Assembly: GCA_964187785.1 (NCBI GenBank)
Contig: OZ076409.1
Coordinates: 48,548,001-48,612,000 of the forward strand
DNA: 64,000 nt
Reading direction: 5' to 3'
Source of the DNA: Amphiscolops sp. MND2022
Lineage: Eukaryota
A program made the position numbers and the translations under genes. Of the stretch, positions 26,986-40,449 are shown piece by piece. Every line of letters starts with the position of its first letter. The first letter of the stretch is position 1. The notes beneath the pieces are model-generated. The model was not told the DNA's origin, searched no databases, and saw only the letters and a program-made list of their open reading frames with translations.

Positions 26986-27103
26986 GTACCCAATGTTACC
27001 TCTAGATTTTTTTAACGTTTCAATTATATCTTTGATCCCCGTTAGAGACCGAGTCAAAGATATAATTGAAACGTTAAAAAAATCTAGAGGTAACATTGGG
27101 TAC
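26986..27103. repeat. Perfect 50-bp inverted repeat with an 18-bp spacer
   Basis: 26986-27035 is the exact reverse complement of 27054-27103. Confidence 0.95.
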
Positions 27104-27440
27104 CTTTGTTACCCAAAGTCGGACTTTTGACGAAACGCCCGCCCGCAGTGAGATATCATGTAACTTCTTCATAGCCAGGCCACTTTTTAGCATGAGACTA
27201 CATGGAGCCTGCATGGCCAGGCATCGCATCGTAGCAACATTGAAGCGCTTTAAAAAACCTCTTACATCTCGAACCTCGAAATTTTCGCGAACCAAAATTT
27301 TGAAGACATATGTGTTTTACAATTTTTTTCTTGACAGCTTGTTTTCAGATGGCGTTTTTTATAACAAAAAAATGCTCGACTTCTAGAATGGCAATTTTTT
27401 GTAAGACCACGGAACGTCAATTTTGCAGACACGTCGCTTG

Positions 27441-27494
27441 GCCGCCACTTGGCTTAGTGGTTAAGAGGTCGTGCATTCGAATCCCGCGCAGTAC
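27441..27494 (+). other. tRNA-derived fragment (pol III A/B box-like), possible SINE head
   Basis: TGGCTTAGTGG (27450-27460) and ATTCGAATCCC (27475-27485); too short for a tRNA and the anticodon arm is missing. Confidence 0.4.
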
Positions 27495-27821
27495 TAATTT
27501 TCCTAAAAGTTTCCAAACCTTGGCGAGATCAAAGTGTTTCCTTTCGCAATTTTATCGACACTGCAATTTCTTTCAGACGAAAATTTTGAAACTTTTTTTA
27601 TCAATATGGGTCTTTTGATGTTTTTTTTGAAAAAAATGAGTTTTGGAACAGTTTTCCTCTCTGAAATCTATGAGAAATTTTTTGAAAGCCACTCTGAGCA
27701 TATTTATGAGATTTTGTGAATTAAATGGGGACCGACTTGAAACACTTTCGTCTTGATTTTATATAACTTTTTTGACATGTCTTCTGTGACATAAAGGAAT
27801 ATTTTTTCGAAATATTGTATG

Positions 27822-30800
27822 TGTAGAATAGAGCATGGTAAAGGTCACGATGTCATGTAAGATTACATAACTTAATACCATACTGTCTATGACCATATTA
27901 CATAATGTACCTGCTAACATAGTACTGAAGAATACTGTATATCTTAACAACACATTAACCTTAGATTCAGTTACAATTCAGTATTACATTCCTTACTCCT
28001 TTTGACTATAACCGATAACATACAACATGGCGCAGTCAGAATGAGTCAAAAGAACGAGACGAACCCGACAGAAGTGTCAAGGAGAAACTCCTCAAGCGAA
28101 GAATCCGGAGAAAAGAAGGGGAGATCAACAACACACCAAAAAATAACGTTACTCATATTTGAGAAGAAGACCATTCAAAAGGCCAAACTATGGTGACGAC
28201 GATTCATACAATATGTCAAAATGACACAGAAGATCGATTTAAACAGAAAGACAACGGACAAAGAGATTATAGAAGAATAAAGAGAAGAACTGGAGATAAA
28301 AATAAAGGATATCTTTTTCTGGGCTTTAGGAGAAGAAGCGGTCACCGAAATGACAAAAACAGTGAGAGACAATGACACAAACAAAATGAACATTAATCAG
28401 CTATATTCATTATTTAGACTCCACTTCATCCCAGAAAGGAACAAGTTCCATAGTCGAGCCGATTTTTTCGGAATAGTACGAGAACCTAGTGAAACAGCTG
28501 AAGATGTATGGACCAGAATTCTTCAGACAGAGAAAAACTGTGAATTTGACAACGTTACACCAGCAGAGCTTATCGCATCGAAGTTCCTGTCACTAATTGG
28601 AAGGTCAACGGGAGACTATGAACTGAAGAAAAAGATACGGAAAAGCAACATGACAATCGAAACCATTACCGATCTTATACATGAGTATATGTATGACCGA
28701 TTAAATGATTCAAACAACTCAAACGACGGAACAAACGTAAAACATGTACAGGAAAGGCCCAAAAGAGAAAATGGTCAGAAAAATCCAGTTACGAAAGGAA
28801 CAAGAAACGACCGGAATATCAGAAACAAAAATACATAGATAACCGGTGTGGACAGTGCGGAGCACCTAACTGGTCAAGACAACACATTTGCCCTGCCAGG
28901 ACGGTAGAATGCAGAAACTGTAAAAAGAAGGGACATTATGAAGAAATGTGCAGACTCCCAAAAAGAATACAATACGTGGATAAAATATCATCCTCAGCTG
29001 AAGAAGACGACTGAGACTACAACAAAATACAAAGTATCAACAACAACAAGAAGAAAAAAGAAGATTTCTTCCACGCAACGCTATTGGTCAATGAATTTCA
29101 TAATAGACAGCGGATCACCAGTCACACTAATACCCCAAAAGTTTTTAAGGGCACTTCAGAGGTGACGAAGCTAAACACAAACTACAAAGACGTAAACGAC
29201 AACAAAATTGAATTCCGGGGACAAACATTGGCAACGGTGAAAACAAACAATACGACGCTACATTTACCATTGCTAATCACTAAAGCAAATATAACACCGT
29301 TAATGGGACTAGACTGGATGAACCGGCTAGGTATAGCTCTCAACACACACAACAACGGAGAACGTCAAAATACACAACATCAAACTGGACGAAACCCAAA
29401 AAAGATCCTAAAATTAAAAAAACGAATTCAAGGACCTGTTTTACAATAACACGGAAATAAAGAATTTATCAGTAAAGATAAATCTGAAAGCAGACGCAAA
29501 AATAATACAAAAGAAAGGCAGATCAGTGCCGATTCATTTGCAACAACAAGTAGCCAATTAAATCAAACGATTAATAAAGAACGGCTATCTTGAAAGAGCA
29601 ACTGAGATAACCGAAAACTGCTTTGTGAGCCCCGCGGTAATTACAGTGAAGAAAGACAAATCGGTAAAAATCGCCTTAGACTCAAGAAAATTGAACGAAG
29701 CAACAATAAAAAGAAAAGCACAAATGCCAAACATGGAAGAGCTGATATCGAGAATATCACGAAAAATATTTGAAGAAAAAGAATGTGAAATATGGCTAAC
29801 AAAACTAGATTTCGATTACGCATACGGACAAATCAAACTGGACGATGAAACAAAAAATCTCTGCATTTTCACCATTACAGGAGGAGACTTCACGGGATAC
29901 TACCGTTTCCTCAAAGGATTTTACGGACTGGCAGATATACCAACCATTTTCCAGGAACGGATAGACAAAACACTAGAATTCAAACACCCCGCTTGGTTGG
30001 ACGACATCATAATTGTAACCAAAGGAACAATTAATAAACACGAAGCGGAGGTAAAACAGACAATGGAAAAGCTAGAAAAAGCCGGATACAGACTACACCC
30101 AAACAAATGCGAATTCTTCAAACAGGAAACAGAATGGATTGGACACAGAATAGACCAAAACGGAATCAGACCTTTACAAGATAAATTGGAAGCTATCACA
30201 AAGATAGAAATACCAAAGAACGAAAAAGAACCAAAATCATTCTTGGGCGCAATCCAATACCTGGCAAAATACATAGAAAACTTGTCAGCACAAACAGATA
30301 TCCTCAGAAAATTACTGAAAAAACAAAACGAATGGAATTGGACACAAGAACATACGGAGGCATTTAACAACTTTAAAAAGTTAATAACACAACTGCCATG
30401 CTTAGCCCACTACAACGCCAATAACGAAAATATCCTAACAACGGGCGCCAGTACAAAAGGATTGGGGGCAACATTATGGCAAAAACAAAAAGACGGAAAT
30501 TTAAAGCCGATCGGATTTGCAAGTAGATTTTTATCGGACACGGAGAAAAAGTACGCAATAAAAGAACTAGAATTGCTAGCTGTAGTGTGGGGATTGGAAC
30601 ATTTTCGTCTATACATATACGGAAAGCCAATCGAATTACTTACCGATCACCAAGCACTGGAGCCGCTAATTAAAAGGAACAGATCAAATAAAACCTATAG
30701 TGCAAGATTAACAAGATGGCTGGATAGACTGGCCCACTTTGTTATCAACATAAAGCACATCGCTGGAAAACACTTGACGTTGACGGATTATTTGAGCAGA

Positions 30801-33800
30801 AGACCAGTAGCAAAGCCTGTACCAATAGAGAATTACGACGAAGAATACGTAATCAATTGCATAATACCACTACTGGAGTTCATTAACACGCATGGCAGCA
30901 TCTTGGATGAAAAGAAAGTGACGATGCAAACGGAGAATAACACAGCGAAGCAAAACAACAACCAATCACAGACAAGAAGCGTGAACAAACAACCACTCAC
31001 CATAAATCAGATAAACGAACGCAAGCCATTCCAAACATTACAAACGAGCAAACCAAACAATTCACACCACAAATTTGACCACCGTTGAATCAACATGGAC
31101 ATTAAAACAATCGAAAGCATTGAGAAAGATGATCCATCAGAAGATACACTTCGACTTACCAGCAGATAGAGAGAAATTACTAAACCGGGCGATTATCGAT
31201 TCACTCAAGGACAGTGGAGAAAATATGCACCGCCGAGAACATTGAAAGCCGAATTAAAAAGAATCGAAGTAGACTTATGGCAAAGAAGAAATAGACTAAT
31301 CTGGCAGAAAATGGAGAAGAATAGTAAAAAAACACCGGAAGAAGTAGCACGAAAAAAGGAGTTCCACAGAGTAATTGAGAAGATCAGAAATCTGCCTAAA
31401 CGAGACGAAGCAGACCCGAGCAGCAGCAACACACAGCAACAACAACAACCACAGTACGAAGAAGAGGACATAAATGTAGACCAGAGAGATGAAACGGAAA
31501 CAATGTCCTCCGATTCAGACCAAACAATAGCCGTACCGGCAATAAACTTTAAACGATATCTGGGCGCAACCAGTGTGAGATACATTCAAATGGGAACCGC
31601 AAGCAAAGTACAAGTGGGATTAAGAAGAACAAAATTTTTCAACGGACCTGCGAACAATCGCAGACGAAACTACCAACGATGAAAAGCTAATAAAAACACT
31701 GGTTTGCCTTGAGAGAAGAAATTTTGAACAAATCCCTGAAGAGTACAAACAATACAAAAACAACCTCTCGACACGATTTGGAGTCGTCTTTTACGACGAC
31801 AAAATAGTAATACCAAAGCCACTTGGACAAACCGTCATTATGTTATTGCATAAAGGACACCCGGCGATCAACAAAATGAGCCACGCTGCCCGCCCATTCT
31901 GGTGGCCTAAACTGACAAAGGACATCCAAACAAAATGCAATGAATGCATTCCCTGCAAGATGTCAGGTAAGAGTATTAAACCACAATTACCAATGACCGA
32001 AATTAACTACTTACCACCGGCCGAAAAACCAAATCAGGAAATCCAATTGGACTTCATCGGACCAATAAGATTTAGGCTCCGGAGATTTTATATCCTCATA
32101 TCAATTGACCGATATAGTAGATGGCCGGCCGCATGTATATGCGAAGCTCCCAATAGCAAAGCAGCAAAAAATTTCTTAGAACAATACATTGTACTAAACG
32201 GGATCCCGCAGACAATAAGAACGAATAAAGGAACTGCCTTTACCGGAAGGGAATATAGACAAACGTGTAAAAATTTAAATATAAAACTAATATATGGCAC
32301 GCCATATATTCATACAGCGACGGGATTAGTCGAAAGAGGTATAAAAACCTTAAAAGACTTGATGCGAACAAATATACAAGATAAGTGCAATTTGAACGAG
32401 GCACTATACCAAGCACTAATGGTGATGAGAATGACCGTCCTTTCAAAAACAAAAGAATCACCATTTGAAAGACACTATGGCAGAAAGCCAAGAACGGAAC
32501 TTACAAACTATCTAAACCTACCAACGGGTAATAATGAATATACTTCAGCCCAACCGGAGACTCTCCAAGTGTACTCCTTCAACAACAAAAAAGGAGGCTA
32601 CGACCAACTGATTATGAAGACGCCCAGAAAACTCAAATGTGACGTGAGCAATAACTTTCCATACAAATTTTTGGAAAAAAGACAAACAAAAAACAAATTC
32701 GAGAGCGAATATCAAACAAAACCAAAAACAGCGGTAGCTGGAACAAAACATACCATAACAACCGATACAAACAAAGTAATACACCGAAAATTGGCAAGCA
32801 AACCCCTACCAAATTCATTTCAGAACCCACTCTCTCGCCGCGGGGAGAACAGGAGAGGAATAGATGGGCGAATAATCCAGATGTCCCTACCATCACTGGA
32901 GACGGAAGATACGGACGAAGAAGAAACCCAATCAGAAGGGGAAAAAGAAAGCACACCGGTAGCAGAAACATCGACAGAACAGATGGACGAAGAGTTCGAA
33001 TTCACGCCACCAACACCGATCAGAAGAGGCGGACTAGAGTCACCAGGAGCAGGTAACTTGAAACTTCATGTGGAAAACATGAATGAACAACAACTAGAAC
33101 AAGCTCTCGAAACAATCAATGAGAACCCAACAACCACCACAATCATTGACAATAACGGTAACGAAAATTACATAAAAACAGAAATAAATGAAATTACAAA
33201 TACAAACGAAATAAATAGTAATAATAACTAACCAATTAGAAGATCTTAAAGACTAAGAACAAATAATCCAGTAATAAGATTTGGAAACCCGTTAACTCAT
33301 TAACGTTTACAGGAATCACCGTTGACAAAATTAACGAGAAGTTCACCCAGTCGCAGAGCGAATAAGAAAGAACCGGACGGATAAGCAGAATACGCGAAGT
33401 CACACCCAGTGACAAACATAACGGAAGAAGAGCGAGGATCCAGAAGTACTACCTGGAACTTTATGTTCATTCATCACAATCAAGTGATGAAAACTAAAAC
33501 ATTTTCATGTATCAGTGTGTATGTGTGATAACTTTATTTTGTTAAAACTTATACCGTATTAACATTTGAGTCATTATTAACAGATTGTACAATCTGGCCC
33601 GTAAAGGGGGGAATGTAGAATAGAGCATGGTAAAGGTCACGATGTCATGTAAGATTACATAACTTAATACCATACTGTCTATGACCATATTACATAATGT
33701 ACCTGCTAACATAGTACTGAAGAATACTGTATATCTTAACAACACATTAACCTTAGATACAGTTACAATTCAGTATTACATTCCTTACTCCTTTTGACTA

Positions 33801-33819
33801 TAACCGATAACATACAACA
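27822..33819 (+). mobile_element. Full-length Mag-like LTR retrotransposon (element 3), defective; a different family from elements 1 and 2
   Basis: 206-bp LTRs at 27822-28027 and 33614-33819 (1 mismatch), TG...CA; TSD GTATG; PBS TGGCGCAGTCAG at 28028; PPT AAAGGGGGGAA at 33603-33613. Confidence 0.97.
28041..33303 (+). pseudogene. pol: gag-pol pseudogene of element 3
   Basis: gag FIPERNKFHSRADFF; protease IDSGSP; RT FDYAY/PAWLDD and RNase H in 29625-31088; integrase HKGH...CIPC, LDFIGP, VER in 31840-33231; multiple stops and frameshifts. Confidence 0.95.
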
Positions 33820-34139
33820 GTATGAAACCTGATTATCTTTTTTCATACAGTCCAAGCACAGCTTTTTGCTGAGTACTTGAAGCAATAACACATGAGATTA
33901 CGGGAGATCTCAGCAAAATTGCTTTGTTACACTTAAACTGCATAGAGAGGAACTGCATGCTATAGGAAGGCTATTGTTCAGAAAGCTATAGGACAAGTCG
34001 CCCGCTGGCCAGCAGGTTATTCCTCGCTCATAAAGTTATTCCCAGCTCTCTCTTCCAAGACCATACTACTAAGCTAGAGATAAGGAGCTTCCTCGAAATC
34101 CAACTTTGATGAGTTGCAAATGAATGAAAAGTTGAATTG

Positions 34140-34660
34140 AACGAAAGTTGGACTATTTTGTCCCAGTTTTTTGTACTTTTCCTAGTTTTTTAAACGTTTT
34201 TTGTTGTGTTCTCGAGGCACTCTTCAAACACAAATTGCCAATAGTTCTTCCAAAAAGTGTACTGGAAAACTACTTTTTGTTGTTGAAATTCTTCAAGAAT
34301 CTAATATTAAGGTTTTTACATTTCATCGAAAATATTCATAAAAGTAGAAACTTTTGGTTTACTTGATTACTTTGAGTCATTCTAAGGATCAATTTTTGGC
34401 AAAAAACTGCAAAGTTCGGATCACACTTCATTGTCAATTCTTCCGTCGTTGAGATTTCTGGGGTCATTGGGGTTAACCAAAAGGGTGCAAACTCTTTACA
34501 TGTACATATCGCAAGAAACTAAGTTTTTGTCTGTCGAATTATTTGGATGAACATTCAATTTGGCTATAAATTTAGAAGTTTTGTGTAAATTTTGAAAGAA
34601 AAACGCGACTGAGTTAAATAGTTTCCTTTCCCGTGTGGAATTTGGGCGGAAAATAGTGAA
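34140..34660 (-). repeat. Diverged minus-strand copy of repeat family H2
   Basis: GGGCGGAAAATAG at about 34644-34656 and upstream blocks are the reverse complement of the head seen at 37351 and 45911. Left boundary approximate. Confidence 0.6.
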
Positions 34661-35678
34661 AAAACTCATATGATACAATCACTTTGTGAATTCAGTTGTC
34701 TATTTCGCATTAAATGATTCTTCACAACATAATCATTGACACAAAACAATTTTGCACTGCACCGTGTTTTAATGTTCCCGAAAACTTTTTTTATTGTTTT
34801 TTCGTCATTATAATGATTCAACAAAAGGTTTCAAAAAACAGTGATGCATATTTTTCGTGTTTTTATCAAGCTCTTACATGTGCCATGTTCCGATATCAAC
34901 ATATGTAACGTAGTTTAAAACCAAATTGTGAATATTTTCATGTTGGAAATGACACTAACTTAAAAAGGTGTGAAAGTTTTTTGGATGGACTGGATTCTAC
35001 TCGGAGAAATATTGCGTGGATTCAACTCTAGTCACCTTAGCCCTTCCTCTAAATTCAAACCCTTTAACTTTTATCCATCTTAATCCAGTCTACGTCATAA
35101 ATCACGAGTGCATAAAAACTGTCAGGTATTTCGGCGACGCGATCATGCCGCAAATTCTTTTGTGAAGTATTTCTGAAGTCAAGTCGATTTTTCATACATT
35201 TATTAAGACAGAGGTCTCTGAAGGGAACCTTGAAGAGATCAATCTCCTCTGTGGTTCGAGACGAAAATCGAATTTGTTGCTGAAAAGTTAATACCCAAAA
35301 ATAACCGGCTTGTTTTTCATCTTAGATCTGCGGCCAGTATTCTTGAGAGCTTCACAGACAATATATGGGTCTTTGGCTCTTTTTAGTATATTGCATGTGA
35401 ACACTAACCTACTAACTTTTATTTACAACCTGGTATGAAAACTTCATTACTTTTAAAAATACTTGCGTCACCTTTTGTTGCATTTTATATATTACTAAAT
35501 TTCACCCTCTGTTGATTTACCTTTTGTTCAGCAATATTTTCATTCCAATGTTACGCTTGGACCATTATTGATGAAAACTTGAATAATTAAACACCACGTT
35601 TTGTTACATTTGCTTCGTGGAGTTCAAAGTGTTAATATAAGACTATACCTTAAAACTGCCTGGTACGGAAGTTTCCAA

Positions 35679-36385
35679 ATGGAAGCTTTCAGTGATGAAA
35701 GTATTTGGGAATATTTAGATGACATTCCACCGTCTTCGTTGGACCAATTTCTGAGGTTACGGGAGCGGTTAGTTGCGTGCGAGGAGAGTCTAGAACACCC
35801 TACGCACACAGAGATCCAGTCGGCATCTGAAGAGGGGGGCTCCATTACACCTAGCAGAAAAGACTTCAAGGTATTGCCGGCTTTCGCAACGAAACCCCAA
35901 TTATCAACATTTTGATGGAATTTCATTAGAAAAACTGACTTTACCTGCAAAAACAAAATTTCCAACGTTGCTCAAAATATCTACGCTAAGTATTGTTACA
36001 AATTTCGTGAATCGTTTTCGCGAACAGCAGCTTTGAAGTTGGCAAGTATTTTTCGGAAATTAAACGATATGAAATCACAATGTATGTATATAAATTTGAA
36101 AGTATTTCGACACAGTTTTTAAAAGCGGAACCCGGTTTCTCGTGGCAGCCACAAAAGGAAAAACAGTTGAAAATGAGTGCGAAGAAACTGAAGCAGGAGT
36201 ACATGTTCTTCTACGACAGCCACTATGCCCGCAGATTCTGTGCCAAATTCTTTCAAAGTCCAGACTTCCCAGATTTATGTGCAGGCTGTGGGTTCAATCG
36301 CGACGACCACGTCAAAGTTAGTGCTCTTCGTACAACATACAAGAAATGTAGATCATGTAAAGCATACAATGTAGAGCATCCCTAG
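35679..36385 (+). CDS. Candidate two-exon orphan gene (about 153 aa) with a C-terminal Cys/His motif; exons 35679-35870 and 36116-36385
   Basis: ATG at 35679; donor AAG|GTATTG at 35871 and acceptor CACAG| at 36115, both phase 0 and in frame; motif CAKF...CAGCGFNRDDH...CRSC; exons more GC-rich than their flanks. Confidence 0.35.
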
Positions 36386-37350
36386 TTGAAAGTGCTCGAA
36401 ACTTTTACATGCTTTTATAGGTTGCAAGGCAAATTTATCATGTTTTTGGGAGCTGCTTAAGGAAGTTTTCATGCTCGAATTTTTCATGCTGCGTCACTAA
36501 TTTTTCAGGTATTTATCAAGATTTCTCTACAACTTGGCTGATTTGATATATTATTTTCTATCGCCTAATTCAATTCCATGCACGCTTGATAAGATTTTAG
36601 AAAACAGAACTCGAATCTCGAAGTAACTGATAGAAACTATAGCATTTAGATAAATTAACCAAAAAAGAAAAATGTCAAAACAAACAAAAATCCGGAAAAG
36701 ATGCTTTCATTGGATAATTTAATAATTGTTTTTATCACCACGAAGCTTTATAGTGTCCGGCAGAAAACTTACTGACAAATCAGATTTACGGCTTCCAACA
36801 TGTAGAAAATAATCAACTCGCTTGTAAAATTGTTACATTTTATAGCGCCGAAGGCTCGACAATTGTTCAATTAAGTCGCTTGAAATTCAATTCAGAACAA
36901 AAAATTCTATCTTTTGTTCGATCTCAAAATGTTGAGACGTATCGCGGAAGCATAATTTTTTTTGAGAAAAAGTGTTTCGATTGAACGTGATTATAACATA
37001 CATGATGCAATTGCTACATAACATAACACTGATGCAATTGTTAACTTGAGAAACGAGAGAAACCAGAAAAGTCTAGCCTTTTTGTCAGCTGACAGATAAA
37101 AACATTCTATTTGTAGAAAGAAGGCGTTCCGTTTTCATTATAGCTTTTAAAAAATTTTCGTTTATAGATTTGATAAAACACCTTTTTTATTTTGCAGTGT
37201 CAAAATTTATGAAAGTTTGACCCTTCCGAAACATTTTTCTGAAGTTATTATAGCCTGTAGTTTGCTCCTTGCAGTGGTTGAAGTTTGCCACCACAGAAAA
37301 AACGATGTCGAATTGAAGTTGAAAATTGAACAAGAACGTTCAGAAAAGAA

Positions 37351-39700
37351 TCATTATTTTCCGTCCATTTTCATATGGAAAAGGAAAATATTTATATCAA
37401 ACGGGTTTTTCATTTTCCGTCCATATTTCATATGGAAAAGAAAAATATTTAAATCAAACAGTTTTTTTTCACAAAATTTGCCAAGAATTAAATTATATCC
37501 TAGCTAAAGGGTTTCACCCATAGAATTCAACTGATGTAAAATTAGTATCATGCGATATGTATTTGTCGAGATTTTTGGACTTTTTTGGTTGACCCCAAAG
37601 ACCCCAGAATGACCCAAAAATGACCCCAAAAACAGTAATAATTGCAAAATTTTCCAATTATGTGCAATTTTTGTCGAATTATTGATAAATTTGCTGGCTT
37701 TGAATGTTGAAAACAATCCAAAGAGAAAAAAATTGTTATCCAAGAGGCTTTTTCGAAGAAATAAATGCAATTTTCAATGAAAAAAAGCCTCAAATTCAGA
37801 CCCAAGTTGACACAAATACACGAAAATTCTAAATTTTGAAAATTTTATGCAAATTTTGTCTATTTTTCGAAAACTTGGTGGTTTAGAATGTCAAAGACGT
37901 TAAACAAGGAAAAGATTCAATGTCCGGGAGGCTTCCTTGAAGAGATAAAAGCAGTTTGTGTTAAAAAATGCATCAAATTTGGAACGAAATTGACAAAATC
38001 CTTAAAAATTCAGATTTTTGAAACTTTCATGCAATTTTTGTGTACTTTTCGAAAGACTTAGTGGCTTAGAATGTGAAAGACGTTCAAAAAGGATCAAATA
38101 ACTTGTCGTGGAGGCTTATTTGAAGAGATAAAAGCAATTGGTGTTGAAAAATTGCATCAATTTCAGACCGAAAATGACAAAATGACAAAAAAATTCAATT
38201 TTTGAAAATTTTATGCAGTTTTTGGTTTTGTGTAATTTTGGAAAACCTTAGTGGCTTAGACTTTCAAAGACCTTCAACAAGGAACAAATTAGTTGTCAGG
38301 AAGGCTTTTTCTAGGGAATAAACAATGTTTTTCACTTGAAAAAAATGCACAATTTGCGATCAAAAATGACAATAACTTCAAATTGTACCAATTTTTCATG
38401 TTTTCATGCAACTTTCGTCAAATTTCTAAAGATTTCATGGATCAGAACGTTAAATATCTTCACCCACGAATGATATCGTTGTCCAATAGGGTTGTTTGCG
38501 GAGATAAATTCAGTTTCGTAAGAAAAAAACAATTGCCACATGGACCCCAAAATAGTCAAAAAATCTTACTTTTTTGCATTTTTGTATTTTACAACGCAAT
38601 TTTTGTAAACGTTTCAACCTTTTCATGGATTAGAACACTGAAACGATTCAACAACAACTGAAGGCGTTGTCTGGTGGACTTTTCGATGGGATAAGTGCCA
38701 GTTTTTGGTAACAAATGTGCTTCAATTTGACTCAAAAATTGTCGAAAACTCCAAAAATTTCCAGTTTATGTAGGTTCTTCATGTTATTTGGGTACAATTT
38801 CTAAGAATTTGTTGAGTTGGATGGTTCAAAACAATGAAAGGCGATAGAATCAGGTTTGTAGTTTCCCTTCTTGATGAGAAAATTACAGTGCTCTACATCA
38901 GAAATACTTCAAATTTAAAGTTTTTCTTGCAGTTTGTGTTCAAATTTTGAACGTTTTTGTGACTAGAAAAGTTCAAAACACTCGAAAACAAATAAAACTA
39001 GCTATGCAGTACGCTATTTTTAAGAAAGTTGCAGTAATTTGCTTCGAAAGTACTCGCAAAGTGACCCTGAAGAGTCGGAAATAAAAAGTCTGAATTCAAG
39101 GTTTCTTATGCAAAGTTCTGAATTTTTTGAGACGTTTCCATCGTTGGAAGACAGAACACCCTCAACAGCGAACGAATGCGTTATTCAGTATGTTTTTTGA
39201 AGGTGAATTGCTGTTTCACGTTAGAAAAGAGCCTCAAAATGACCCCAAAATAGTAGGAAAAAACGTTTCGGCAGTTGTTCGACAAATTAGTGAATTCCTT
39301 TTGAAAGTTACCCAAACTTCCTAATAGTCTAGAAGTCTAATCTTTTGGAGTAGGCATTCAGAATTTTTAAAAAAGAAATATACAATTGTGTATGCAAAAA
39401 GTTCTTCAGAACGACTTGAAATTTAGTGAATATCAATTTTTTGTTTTTGAAATGTTGATATACCTTTTTGTAAACATTTCGAGCAATTTTGTCATTCAAG
39501 AACGACTGGAACCATTATCTAATAGGCGTTTTTGAAAAGACATCTTTAGTTTCTTTTAAAAGTTTCTCAAATGACCGCAAAGTTGTCGAAAAAGCAAAAT
39601 TGTAGAAATTTTGACGTTTTTGGCCACTTCGCGCAAATTTAAATAAAAATCAATTGGTTAGGTTTCGGAATACACAAAATCTGACGAAAAACCAAATAGT
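37351..39700 (+). repeat. Repeat family H2: hairpin head followed by a ~185-bp tandem array that decays to the right
   Basis: Head ATTATTTTCCGTCCAT...ATATGGAAAAGGAAAATA (duplicated); units start ATGCAA(A/T)TTTTG at about 37846, 38029, 38213, 38406 and 38594. Right boundary approximate. Confidence 0.75.
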
Positions 39701-40449
39701 TGTGCGAGTATTCCCTTCTGAAATGGCATGACATTATTCAAAAAGTGTCAAACCTTTTTCTTCAAACCTCTATGCGTTTTCATAGTGCAATGGCTACTCT
39801 TGAGCCTCAAAATTATGTCATTGCTAGAACAGTTGGGACGGAAAATATCCTGCTGGTCAGCAGGCGTCTTGTTTTCGCCTATTCACGTCAACAACCATGT
39901 GTTAGAAGCTTTGAGTGCGGATTAGAACCAAGCATGCTTAAAACGACCTTGTTGAACAAATCAAAAAGTATTGCCTGCTTCAGTTGTTGGCCATGAACTG
40001 AGCGACAAAATGTAATCAACAAGTTAGTATAAAAGAGTTTAGAGCTCGAGCAAAGCGAACTGCTACGTTCCTGGACTTCGTTTTCTTGTGAAAACTTGAG
40101 AAACAAAAGTCGCTTTTTATCTAAACTTCAGCTTTTCTTTTTCTTGAAAAAAGTTTTCTTCATAGTTGATCAATATTTTTTCTTCTGGTTCTTTTTCTCA
40201 AAACCTACTTTTTGTAACAGTGTTCGCTTACCTTAGTCAAACTACTAAATATTAACTTCAAAGAACTTACATGAAAACCGTACAGATCAGGCATTATTTG
40301 CAAACTTTGTATTTCAAGCTATTGTGTGTAACTTATAAGATTTTTGCAAAAATGGCCAAGCAGTTCAACTAGTTTTCTCAAGCGTTACACAGTAATCACA
40401 ATTCACTTACATCTTCTCACACATTGTTCACATCTTTTACGAAAATGAT

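Noticed and set aside
27441..27494. Functional tRNA gene
   Set aside because: The A and B boxes are only 14 nt apart; no anticodon arm or acceptor stem.
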